Part shown: positions 18,702 to 28,500 of the stretch, one piece after another
Position numbering within the stretch: the first letter of the stretch is position 1
How the letters are laid out: every line of letters begins with the position of its first letter
IMG/VR virus record: IMGVR_UViG_3300017909_003066
Coordinates: 1 to 64,000 of that record
Source of the DNA: a virus
Lineage: Duplodnaviria; Caudoviricetes
Length of the DNA: 64,000 nt
Direction: 5' to 3' (one strand)
Translations under genes and position numbers: made by a program
The notes under the pieces: generated by a model
What the model was told of the DNA's origin: nothing
The model's database searches: none
The model's input: only the letters and a program-made list of their open reading frames with translations

Positions 18702-19277
18702 TTATCTAAGGAATTCTGTTGGGTCTAAATTATATTTGATAGAGTCAACTTTGTGTACATTTAGCAAATATAATACATAACTGCTAACACTAGAGCCTCT
18801 ACCAACTCCCCAAACTATATTGTTTTTCCTTAAAGTATCTACCATGTATTTAAGGAACTGTAAAACATCCATCATAGCATGTGACTTGTATAATTCAAGT
18901 TCATGTTCTACACGTTGTTTTTGTTCTGGAGTTTTACATTGATCTAGTACATAACTTTCAATATCAAAGTTTTTGTACTCATTAGGCATAAACCAATTTA
19001 GTCTGTTTTGCTGATCATAACCATCTTGATCATCTTTAAATTCTGTTGTATCAAAGTGTTGAAAAGTTTCTTTGTTATCTTCTACAATTTGATTATATTT
19101 GTTTACAAATTTATCTGATGCTACTTTGCAGTCTTTAATGTTATCCCATTTACCTTGATATAGCAGTTCAACAATATTTTTTTCTGTTAGAACAGGATGT
19201 CCAAAGTTATTTGTCACGACCTCCGTCGATAACTGTTGGTTCGAATGATTTCTTTTGTCTATTTCCATCATGTTCAA
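18702..19277 (-). CDS. dnaE: Stand-alone fragment of DNA polymerase III alpha (DnaE) palm region; true start probably near 19217
   Basis: RV-HEL, YMVD, WGVGRGSSVSSYVLYLL-VHKVDSIKYNL-FLR match the DnaE GRGS...DP-KY-L-FERF segment. Confidence 0.8.
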   Translation of the reverse strand: MNMMEIDKRNHSNQQLSTEVVTNNFGHPVLTEKNIVELLYQGKWDNIKDCKVASDKFVNKYNQIVEDNKETFQHFDTTEFKDDQDGYDQQNRLNWFMPNEYKNFDIESYVLDQCKTPEQKQRVEHELELYKSHAMMDVLQFLKYMVDTLRKNNIVWGVGRGSSVSSYVLYLLNVHKVDSIKYNLDPTEFLR

Positions 19278-19833
19278 ATCCTATATCCTTCCAAGTTTTA
19301 GCACCCGTCCAAATTGTTTTAGCATCAATGCGTTGATCAAATGTTGCAGTATCATCTCTATACCACCATGGTTTAAATTCTGTTTCACCAATCCATTCAC
19401 TAACACCAAGATGTTTGTTCTCAAAACTTTCATTATCTACAGTATATTTTACACGATCTCCTAACTTGCTGTCAACCGTTAAATGCCCCAAGTAGAAAAA
19501 ATCTCCTGCTATTGATTTTAATTTTTGGAATAAAACTACACCTAGTAGTTGATCATATGGAGAACCTGGAAGTAAAATTTTGTTTACTGGCATTTTGAAC
19601 CAAATATCTTTTGTTTTGTCGACTGGAGAGAATATAACTGAATTTTCGCATAACCTTTCAAAAAGATATTTAATTTTTTCAAATCCAATATTTTGTGTTT
19701 TGATGTTATCGTTTTTGGGAATAAAACTTATTGATAAGTTGTAACTGTTAGGATACACTACGTCATCAATTATTACTGATGCATCGAATTCTGTTTCCCA
19801 ACTAAAAAAGTTTAGTAAGTCTTTATTGGACAT
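19207..19833 (-). CDS. Hypothetical phage protein
   Basis: 208-aa ORF coupled to neighbours. Confidence 0.7.
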   Translation of the reverse strand: MSNKDLLNFFSWETEFDASVIIDDVVYPNSYNLSISFIPKNDNIKTQNIGFEKIKYLFERLCENSVIFSPVDKTKDIWFKMPVNKILLPGSPYDQLLGVVLFQKLKSIAGDFFYLGHLTVDSKLGDRVKYTVDNESFENKHLGVSEWIGETEFKPWWYRDDTATFDQRIDAKTIWTGAKTWKDIGFEHDGNRQKKSFEPTVIDGGRDK

Positions 19834-20074
19834 TAATTAAATCACCTAAATCTTTGTTGCTTTCTTTGTCTTTGTTTTGTTGCTGTAAAAGTTTATTTCT
19901 ATTACGTTTGCTTTGTTCTTCTACATACATAGTTATTGTATTTTGCAACTGACGAATTAAGTCTTGATTAGGAAAGCGAATTGCAGTCGCGTACTTTTTT
20001 TGCAACTCGGTGATTTTTTCTTGTATTTGATCGTCGGATAGATTAGTCGGATCTTTAGCAAGTGGATTAAACAT
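19823..20074 (-). CDS. Hypothetical coiled-coil protein
   Basis: 83-aa ORF. Confidence 0.65.
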   Translation of the reverse strand: MFNPLAKDPTNLSDDQIQEKITELQKKYATAIRFPNQDLIRQLQNTITMYVEEQSKRNRNKLLQQQNKDKESNKDLGDLINVQ

Positions 20075-20079
20075 AACTA

Positions 20080-20664
20080 TTAACTAAATGCGCCAACATA
20101 ATATATAAAGATGTTCGCACCTTGATCAGGTGACCAAACTTCAAATATATATTTTGCACCTGCGTCGGCCATATCAAAATCACTAGTTAGATTTAAATTT
20201 GAGTTATCTGTTAATATGTTTCCTGTAGGTGTGCTAAAGTTTAAAAACTTTTGAAGTGAATTATTTGATCTAACTTCTAAGAACATATGACCCATTGATT
20301 CAGAAGGAGACCAGTTAGTAATAACAATGGTGTTTGTATTAGTTTTTTCTGTCGTAGCAATAAGTCTACGATAATGTCCTGCTGTATAGTCAATATTTGT
20401 TTCACCTGCTAGTGTTTCAGCACTAGGTGCCGACATAGCAGTATCTCTAAAAATTGCTTTTGTAATTAGGTTATCATTAAAATCGTTGGAACCTTGTGTT
20501 GTGGGTGCCGTACCTTCTAATGTTGCAATAGCAGTTTTTGATGCGTTCAAAGCCTCCTGAATCTGTTTGAAATTATCTCTAAATCCTTGGCTATCATTAT
20601 CTTGACCTGCTACTGGGTATAATGGGTCAATACCACCTGTGTTTATGTTATTACTTGTTGTCAT
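20080..20664 (-). CDS. Probable virion (baseplate/fibre) protein
   Basis: YPVAGQDNDSQGFRDNF N-terminus followed by a beta-rich region; follows the structural genes. Confidence 0.6.
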   Translation of the reverse strand: MTTSNNINTGGIDPLYPVAGQDNDSQGFRDNFKQIQEALNASKTAIATLEGTAPTTQGSNDFNDNLITKAIFRDTAMSAPSAETLAGETNIDYTAGHYRRLIATTEKTNTNTIVITNWSPSESMGHMFLEVRSNNSLQKFLNFSTPTGNILTDNSNLNLTSDFDMADAGAKYIFEVWSPDQGANIFIYYVGAFS

Positions 20665-20665
20665 A

Positions 20666-22915
20666 TTATATCACCTTCCTTTTTGGAAATGCAATGTATT
20701 TATCGCCAAACTGGCCTTCTACACTGTCAATTACTAATCTATCCACGTCAAACTCTATTGTTTTAAAGTCAAAACCGCTATCTGTTATGTTTTCAAGTAT
20801 TTGAGCACCACTGCCTGGCTTTGCGTATGCTATAGGAACCGCTTTTGTGTATCCTAGTGCCGTGCCTGTGACTGTTTGTGTACTGCTCATCCATAACGGT
20901 AAGAACTTTTCATTAATATTTATGATTGTGCTATCACCCCTAGGAAAAATCTCTTTTAATCTTTCTTGCATATTTGTTACACTATTTGGGTATAAAAACT
21001 TGTTTATTAATTGATCAATAGATATTGTGTTTGTACTCACTTTGTATTTTTGTGTATCTACTGTAATTGCTTTTCCTATACTACTAATATCAACTGCTTT
21101 ACCAACACTGCCTTTTTGATTTTCAAATTCATCCATTAGTTCTACATATATTACTTCATAAATTATGTTGTTATTACTATCACTTGCAGTTGCTATTTTA
21201 GTACCGCCAAAACGGAAAGTTTTTCTGCTAAAGTTGTTAACCAAAGCAGGAACATATTCTTCGATTTTTAAAGTTTCTATACCATGTTGTAACAACATCT
21301 TAATTTGATTTTGTGTACCAAATGCTGGATCATTATTTCTATACAATAAATTTTCTGGAAAGATTTTATCATCAGTAATAAAATTATAAAAATATTCTCT
21401 TTTAGTTTTAGGTAAAAATGGTTGAAGGTATATATTACTGTACTGCGTTAATGTATCTGCTGTAACGGCAATTCTAAATTGTTTTTCTACAGCACTTTGT
21501 TGATAGTAATCTCTTGCTTGTACAGTAAATCTAAACTGTCTATCTACAGTAGTTGTACCACCGTCTAATACAAAACTATTTAAACCAAAATTAGCCAAAT
21601 CAATTGTAAGTAATCCATCTCCAGCACCTGCACTAGTTTCAAACTGATTCACTTTGCCAATCAGTTCACCACCTCCGCCTAAAATTAATCCAGGCGGTAA
21701 TACGCCACTAACAACACTGTATCTAATATCTGCGTTAGTCAAAATGGTATTTGCTTGTATTTGCAAAGTGGATGTTTGGTTAGGAGATAAAGTTCCTAAT
21801 AGTTCAGAAGAAATAAATTTAATTGTGCTGTCAACTTCGCCTTGAATTTTTAAAATAAATTGTCTTGTGTTAATTACTGATTCTTTTGTACTAGCATCTA
21901 CCCTCTTAACCTGTACGGTAAAAGTGTATGTTTGTGTAACTGCTGGTTGATATGGTACCTTGCCAAACAAAACACCGTTTTTAGAATCAACGCTCATTCC
22001 TTGGGGTAAAACACTTGCACTTGAATCAGCATTGTTAACTAATTCATATGTTATTGTTCCACTAAATTTATTTGGATCATAAACTTCTAAAGGAATAGTA
22101 ACATAGTTATTGGCTCTTTTGATCCCTAAATTACCTGTGGTTTTCCAAATTGGTGCTCTTAAGAATGTAGCACTTGAAATAAATGTTTGTGTATCAGCAC
22201 TTATTGATAATGTATCTGATCTAAAATTTTGTTCATTTACAACTAGTATTCTAAATCTTCTTCTGGCTCTTGTTACACCATCTGTAACATTTACAAAGAA
22301 TTCATAAAATCTGTTTAAGAATTTTGGTGCAGTTCCTTCACCACCGCCTCCATAATCATATGGAAATTGATCATATTGTTGTCTATCAAAATTATTACTT
22401 GCGGATTTATAATCAATTGTAAGTTCTGCTTCTAGTATACCTGTTAATCTTCCAGTTGGACTTAAAGTTATTCCTGGAGGTAATTCTCCAAAAAAATCAT
22501 CTAGATAATATTCTAGTGTATCGCCTGCAGATAAATCACTGTCATCGGCACTTAATTGAAAATCAACTATACTTCTATTAAGAATAAAAAATTCACCTTG
22601 AGGTCCAATTGGCAACGTTCCTGCTGGTGTTAGCCAAAAAGGAGCATCTTCTCCTTCAACTGTTATATGAAAAGTTCTGTCGTTAGATCCTTCATTATTA
22701 GTTGCTCTAATAACAAATTTATAAGTTGTTGTATCAGCAACTTCGAATGGAGTTCCAACTATTTGATTGTTTTGTAATCGTAAACCACCTGGAAGTGAAC
22801 CACTTAACAATGAATAACTGGTTGCATTATTTGCCGCAAGTGTAAATGTTTGTGTTGTTCTTTCTTGAACTGTTCCTAACGTACCTGCTGGTGTTGTCCA
22901 TACTGGTTTAGCCAT
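20666..22915 (-). CDS. Virion protein with tandem Ig-like (He_PIG-type) domains
   Basis: Repeated 'P-W-TPAG-L', 'G-LPPG-L', 'Y-F-V-A-D' units; TAAATA at 22936. Confidence 0.75.
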   Translation of the reverse strand: MAKPVWTTPAGTLGTVQERTTQTFTLAANNATSYSLLSGSLPGGLRLQNNQIVGTPFEVADTTTYKFVIRATNNEGSNDRTFHITVEGEDAPFWLTPAGTLPIGPQGEFFILNRSIVDFQLSADDSDLSAGDTLEYYLDDFFGELPPGITLSPTGRLTGILEAELTIDYKSASNNFDRQQYDQFPYDYGGGGEGTAPKFLNRFYEFFVNVTDGVTRARRRFRILVVNEQNFRSDTLSISADTQTFISSATFLRAPIWKTTGNLGIKRANNYVTIPLEVYDPNKFSGTITYELVNNADSSASVLPQGMSVDSKNGVLFGKVPYQPAVTQTYTFTVQVKRVDASTKESVINTRQFILKIQGEVDSTIKFISSELLGTLSPNQTSTLQIQANTILTNADIRYSVVSGVLPPGLILGGGGELIGKVNQFETSAGAGDGLLTIDLANFGLNSFVLDGGTTTVDRQFRFTVQARDYYQQSAVEKQFRIAVTADTLTQYSNIYLQPFLPKTKREYFYNFITDDKIFPENLLYRNNDPAFGTQNQIKMLLQHGIETLKIEEYVPALVNNFSRKTFRFGGTKIATASDSNNNIIYEVIYVELMDEFENQKGSVGKAVDISSIGKAITVDTQKYKVSTNTISIDQLINKFLYPNSVTNMQERLKEIFPRGDSTIININEKFLPLWMSSTQTVTGTALGYTKAVPIAYAKPGSGAQILENITDSGFDFKTIEFDVDRLVIDSVEGQFGDKYIAFPKRKVI

Positions 22916-22943
22916 AATTTTTTATCCTCTACCAGTATTTACC

Positions 22944-25535
22944 TTAACTATCAAACTTGCTTTCGACCCACCAACTATTGTTGTACCATATTAAAGTTAC
23001 AGCACCGTATTCTGAATTTTGAGAAACATTTAAAGTGGATACAGCACCATTTATTGTTAAATTTACTACTAGATATCTATCTGGGTTTGTAGCACCCCCG
23101 TTTGTAGAATATGTTCCTCTATTAACCATTTTTATCAACTTACGTTGACCGTCTTCTTTGCCTGCGCCTAAGTTAGCATAGGCTAAATCTGCACCAACTG
23201 ACACCCAAGATTGAGTAGTAACAAACGATGCATACGAATCTGTGCTTAAAGTAACAGGAGTTGCAGTACCACTTATACTGACTGCTTGATTTCCAATATG
23301 CGAAAGCACACCGTCAATCCTAACATCTCCATCTAGATGAATATGTCCTGTACCTTGTGCAGTAATTACAAAGTTTGAATTTGATGGTACATCAAGTTGT
23401 GTACCTTCTATATGTATATTACCTATATCTGCTTTTGTTGAAACTGTATCAGTTGCAGTGATTTTTGTAGTAGTAATTACATTGTTTACACCGTCAACTA
23501 TTAAACTAGAATCATCAGCAAATACACTTCCTGTTAAGTCACCATCTACTGTTCCTACTGTGCTTATTGCTGTAATACCTAATGCGTTTACAAAACTTTG
23601 TGTTACTCTTGCATCAACTCTGCCGTCTGTATAATATAAATTTGTACCTTCAGTAAGTTCTGTAGTGGTATTATTTGTAAGTAAAACTTTGTTTGCTACA
23701 CCATCTACTATTAGTGTAGAGTCGTCACCAAATACACTTCCTGTTACATCTCCGTCTAAAGTTCCAACATGCGACCCTGTTGCATTACCTGTTAAGTTTG
23801 CTGTTACTGTCGACGCATTTATAGTTGTAAATGTACCCGTTCTATTTTGTCCATCAATAATTGGTGTTGAATCATCACTTACAATACTACCTTTTAAATC
23901 ACCTGTAAATGTACCTATAATATTAGTTGCTGTAACTGTTGTTCCATTTAAATTAGTTGCTGTAATTGTGCCACCATTAGTAATATTATTAGTGCCTAAG
24001 TCAATATTACCTGCCATTGTACCGCCTGCTTTTAACAAGCCGCCTGCCGTATTAATAAAAGCACTATCAACTACTGAAGTCAATGTAACAAATTCTACTG
24101 CTGATCCACTTGATGCAACTCTTAAAAACTTTCCTGCATCTGCGGCCGAACCTGCGTATGATGAAGGAGTATCTGTTAAGCCTACAAAAGTACTAGATCC
24201 GCCGCCACCGCCGCCTCCAGCACCCCATTCAAGAAGTGTTCCACTTGTTGGTACTTTTAAAACTTCTCCTGCGTTACCAATTGTATCTGGGAATTGATAT
24301 GCACCATAAAAGTCTACTTTACCTGAACCGTTTGCACTTAAAGTTAAATTTTTGTTTGATACGTTTGTTGTAATAGTGCCTTCGCCTATTTGTACTTCGT
24401 TAAGTGTTGCAATACCACTTGAATTAAATGCAAAGAATGATTGTTGTTCATTAACTGGTCTTGCATTTTGCACTGGAAGTAAAACTATTTCATTCACTGT
24501 ACCATCTACAATTCTACCACCTATACCACCTAGTGGCAATAAAGTATTATCTGTATCATTTGCAGTAAAGTTTAGAATTGCACCAAAGCCTGGTTGATAA
24601 GTTTGTCCACCTGTTAAGGACTTATCAACTACTGATTCAATAGTTACTGGAAATGCAGGTACAGTTGTGTTTGTAGAAATTGTTATAAATTCTGCTGGAA
24701 GATCAGGTCCTGATTGAACAATTAATGGACGTTCTTGACTTCTATAAGTTACCCCTAGTTGTGTTCCTAGTGTTCCTGCAATATTAATTTGTGCAGTATC
24801 AATAATGATGTTACCGTCACCTTTAATAGTTTGTTCGTTTGTATCTATTGGACCTGTAATTGTGCCTTGGAAACCTCCGTTTAAGTTTCCTGAAATAGTT
24901 TGACCTGAAGGTACAATTACTCCTGCGTTTGCTGTAATTGAACCATTTGCAGTCATATTACCTGTAAATGTTGATGTTGTGTTTACTAATAGTGTATCAG
25001 TGTCTAATGCTGTTGTGTCTATGCTTGTAATTGCTGTAATATTACCTGGTCCTGTAATGTTACTTGATAACATACTCAAGTTACCTGCAAGTTGTGGGTT
25101 TGGATCATTTACAACTTGAAAAGCACCTGTTATAACAACATCATTGCCGTTTCTAGTTGTAGTGATATTTGTGTTACCGCTTTTGATTCCTAATACTGCA
25201 CCTGATGTAGATGCTGTAATTTGATCACCGTTATCTACTTGTACTGCACCAAAGTCATTATCAGCAAGTCCGGTAGTGTCTAAGTAAATGCTATTGTCAT
25301 CATTTGTAATAGCAATTTTGCCATCTTGGTTTCTTAATGTTCTAAATTGTAAATCAACACCAACCTTGCTGTGAAAAACTCCTGTACCTACACCTTTATT
25401 AGATGCAGTATTCGTTTCACCACCAACGGCTAATAACTCTGCAAAGTTATCATTTACTTTCTCAAACGCGGCTCTTAGATCATCACCTGTTCCGTCATTT
25501 GCATTAGTACCAATGTTTATAGTTTTTATCGCCAT
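22944..25535 (-). CDS. Tail fibre/baseplate-attached protein
   Basis: T4 gp9/gp10-like N-terminus (INIGTNANDGTGDDLRAAFEKVNDNF), Thr/Gly-rich repeats, poly-Gly hinge. Confidence 0.8.
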   Translation of the reverse strand: MAIKTINIGTNANDGTGDDLRAAFEKVNDNFAELLAVGGETNTASNKGVGTGVFHSKVGVDLQFRTLRNQDGKIAITNDDNSIYLDTTGLADNDFGAVQVDNGDQITASTSGAVLGIKSGNTNITTTRNGNDVVITGAFQVVNDPNPQLAGNLSMLSSNITGPGNITAITSIDTTALDTDTLLVNTTSTFTGNMTANGSITANAGVIVPSGQTISGNLNGGFQGTITGPIDTNEQTIKGDGNIIIDTAQINIAGTLGTQLGVTYRSQERPLIVQSGPDLPAEFITISTNTTVPAFPVTIESVVDKSLTGGQTYQPGFGAILNFTANDTDNTLLPLGGIGGRIVDGTVNEIVLLPVQNARPVNEQQSFFAFNSSGIATLNEVQIGEGTITTNVSNKNLTLSANGSGKVDFYGAYQFPDTIGNAGEVLKVPTSGTLLEWGAGGGGGGGSSTFVGLTDTPSSYAGSAADAGKFLRVASSGSAVEFVTLTSVVDSAFINTAGGLLKAGGTMAGNIDLGTNNITNGGTITATNLNGTTVTATNIIGTFTGDLKGSIVSDDSTPIIDGQNRTGTFTTINASTVTANLTGNATGSHVGTLDGDVTGSVFGDDSTLIVDGVANKVLLTNNTTTELTEGTNLYYTDGRVDARVTQSFVNALGITAISTVGTVDGDLTGSVFADDSSLIVDGVNNVITTTKITATDTVSTKADIGNIHIEGTQLDVPSNSNFVITAQGTGHIHLDGDVRIDGVLSHIGNQAVSISGTATPVTLSTDSYASFVTTQSWVSVGADLAYANLGAGKEDGQRKLIKMVNRGTYSTNGGATNPDRYLVVNLTINGAVSTLNVSQNSEYGAVTLIWYNNSWWVESKFDS
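23490..23900 (-). repeat. Three degenerate internal peptide repeats GD(L/V)xGS(I/V)xxDDSxxIxDG
   Basis: GDLKGSIVSDDSTPIIDG / GDVTGSVFGDDSTLIVDG / GDLTGSVFADDSSLIVDG; boundaries approximate. Confidence 0.75.
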
Positions 25536-25556
25536 ATCAGTTTCCTACATCCTTAT

Positions 25557-28500
25557 TTACAGTCGTCCAACTACAACTTCTATAGTTCCTACTTCACTTG
25601 AAGTGTAATCTTGTAGTGCTTTACCAATCACAGATCCTAGTTTTGGATTGTCGTTTGCAACACCAACACCTGGATTATCACTAGCAACAATCATATCACC
25701 TTTTTTAATTGTTCCTTGTACCTTACATGGAACACGCCCTTGTAGTGCAACTGCAACTACATTGTCACCTTCCATCTCAGCATTCATTAAGTGTGCTGGA
25801 TTTGTTGATACAATTCCTGCAATTTTTGTTGACATAAATTCATTTGATTGTGTAACTTCATTTGCACCACCAAACACAACGACTGTTCCTGGTTCATAAG
25901 TTTCGTCACCTAAATAGTTCTCAGCCAAGTCAGCAAATTGTGCCGCTGTTGCTGTACCATTGAAAGTTGTAGCAAAAATTGTATTGTATCTTGCGTTTGA
26001 GGCCCCGATATTATATGTGTTGTTTGCTGATGGTGTTAAAGCACGAGTTGTTAATGTGCCTGTCATTGTATCACCGCCGACGTTTACATAATCTCCATCG
26101 TGATTGTGATTGACAACTGTTGTTATACTTGCGTCTGCTGTACCATCAAATGACACACTTCCTGTAACTGCACCACTAAGAGTAATATTTCTTGCTGTTG
26201 TTAATTTTCTTGCACCACCTTCAAAAGTACTATCTGTTACTGTGTTGTTAACTGTTAATGCAGTAGCACCTGCTTGGTTTTGTAAAGTAAATCCGCCTGT
26301 TGTAGATGCTTTAATATTTGTTGTATTGTGTGTGGTAACATATGAATCATTCCAAAACTTATCAGTTGCACCTAAATCAAAAGTGTTTGTTGTTCTTGGT
26401 TTTATATCATTTGTGTTAAGTGCTGGAGTACCTGCACTGTTCATGCTAACACTACCGTCTGCCATAAGTGCACCAGCAAGTTTTACATTTTCAAAATCTG
26501 TTACGTCTGCACCATCTTCTACATTTAAAACTGTTCTTGCTTGAGTTGGTGTTAATGCTGTTACTGATGCATTGGAACTACCTTGTGGTACACCAACGAT
26601 ACTTGAAGCCGCTTGTTGTGTAAGTTTTTCTAAACCAACACCATCTGTTAGACCTGATGAAGTTTTTAATTCAACCCAACCATTTGTAACACTAAACTCT
26701 TGACTATCAAAACTTGCTACACCACTTGATTCTTGTAACAATCTACTGTTAACAATAAATCCACCTGCACCAAATGCCGTAAATCCTACTGTACCATCTA
26801 CTGCCGTTGTAAGTCCACTATCTGAATACAAGTTAAACTGTGTTGCACTTGTTACATCAACAAAGTAAGTATTTCCATTAAGTTCAATAGTTCCGCCTAC
26901 TCCACTAAATGTTACACTTTCTCCGTCATTTAAATCATGGTTAGTTGTTGTAGTAACTTGTATTGGATTATTAAGTGCAATAGTATTAACTGTTCTACCA
27001 CCTAATACATCACTTGTTCTTGATGTTGCAAGATTTAAGTTTAACTTGCTTTGTGCAATTTCCGCCTCAGCACTTACATCAGCATTTTTAATGGCACCGT
27101 TTGCTAGTGCAATTTGAATTGTGTTTCCTGCTCTTGTAAATCTTACATCGGATCCTGTACCGCTTGGTTCACCAAATATTCTAGAACCACTTGTACTATT
27201 TGTGGTTGTGTCTAATGCAACATTGGCCATTCCACTTATTGGATTGCCCAATCCGTCAACAGTGTTATTTCCTGTAAACATTAGTACATCTGTATTAGAT
27301 GGTGTACCTGTTACACTGACACCTTCTAATCCAGCAATACTATTTTGCGTATCAACATATTGTTTTGTTACAGCATCTGAACCATCAACAGGATCTCTTA
27401 GAGATTTAATTCTGTTTCCGTTCATATCAATAGTACCACTATCAAGTGTACTATCATTTAACATAGTGAAAGCAGTTACGTCTGTTCTTACACTGTCTGT
27501 AGTTGTTCCTCTAAACACATTATCAGCATATAGTTTGTTAATTGCATCTGTGTTATTTGTACCTTGGAATATATTTGTAATTTTGTTATTGTTAAGGTTC
27601 AACTCACCGTTCATTTTATTCCAAACAAGATTGGTACCATTGTAACCTGCTCTGTTTAGTAATCCAAACTGGCCACCTGTTTGTGAACCTGTTGTTGTTG
27701 GCTCACGGAAGTTTGCACCGTCTTCGTGCTGTCCTATAATAGCACTGTTAATATATTCTGCAATAGTTCCTTCTGTTGGAACTGAATCATCTGATAGTCC
27801 TTGCATTTTTCTATCAGTTGAAAATTCATCAATTGATGTTCCTTTTGTAAATTTAAGTGAATCAACATTTGTTAAACCAATGTTAGCATTAAGTTCAACT
27901 GAACCATCTCCTTGGTTAACACGGAAGAACTGCCCTACCCTAAAGTTACCATCTTGGTCTGTACTTGCATAGAATACTCTACCTGCGCCATCTTCTACTG
28001 CTTCGTTTGATTGTACAGCACTAAAGTCTGGTTTACCTTCAGGAGCACCAAAAACGTTATTTGGATAATTTGAATCTGCATAATTTCCCCAACCTATATT
28101 AAGGAAGTCGTGTCCAGTTGCTCTCATTGTACTAATTTTTGTAGTAATGGTTGTTGTAACACCACTGTTTAAATTAGCAGGTACACGTAAATCTAACAAG
28201 TGTTCTTGTATGTTTGAAACTGTTCCTGTTGGTTCGCTTACATCAAATCTTTCAACATTTAAAATTCTAAATACCTGTGCATCAATACCAACATTTAAAA
28301 ATCTAATTGCAGAACTTGGAAGTACTCTTGGAGCATCCAAAACATTTTTAAGTAATACTTTTCGTCCAACAGTTAAAGTAATTTTTGATCCATCAGCAAC
28401 CTGTGTTCCAACGCCAATATTAATTGCACTACCTAAATTTAGTTTTGCTCTACCACCAAAACCAGCCGTTGCACCACTTCCACTATAAGCACCATCTACA

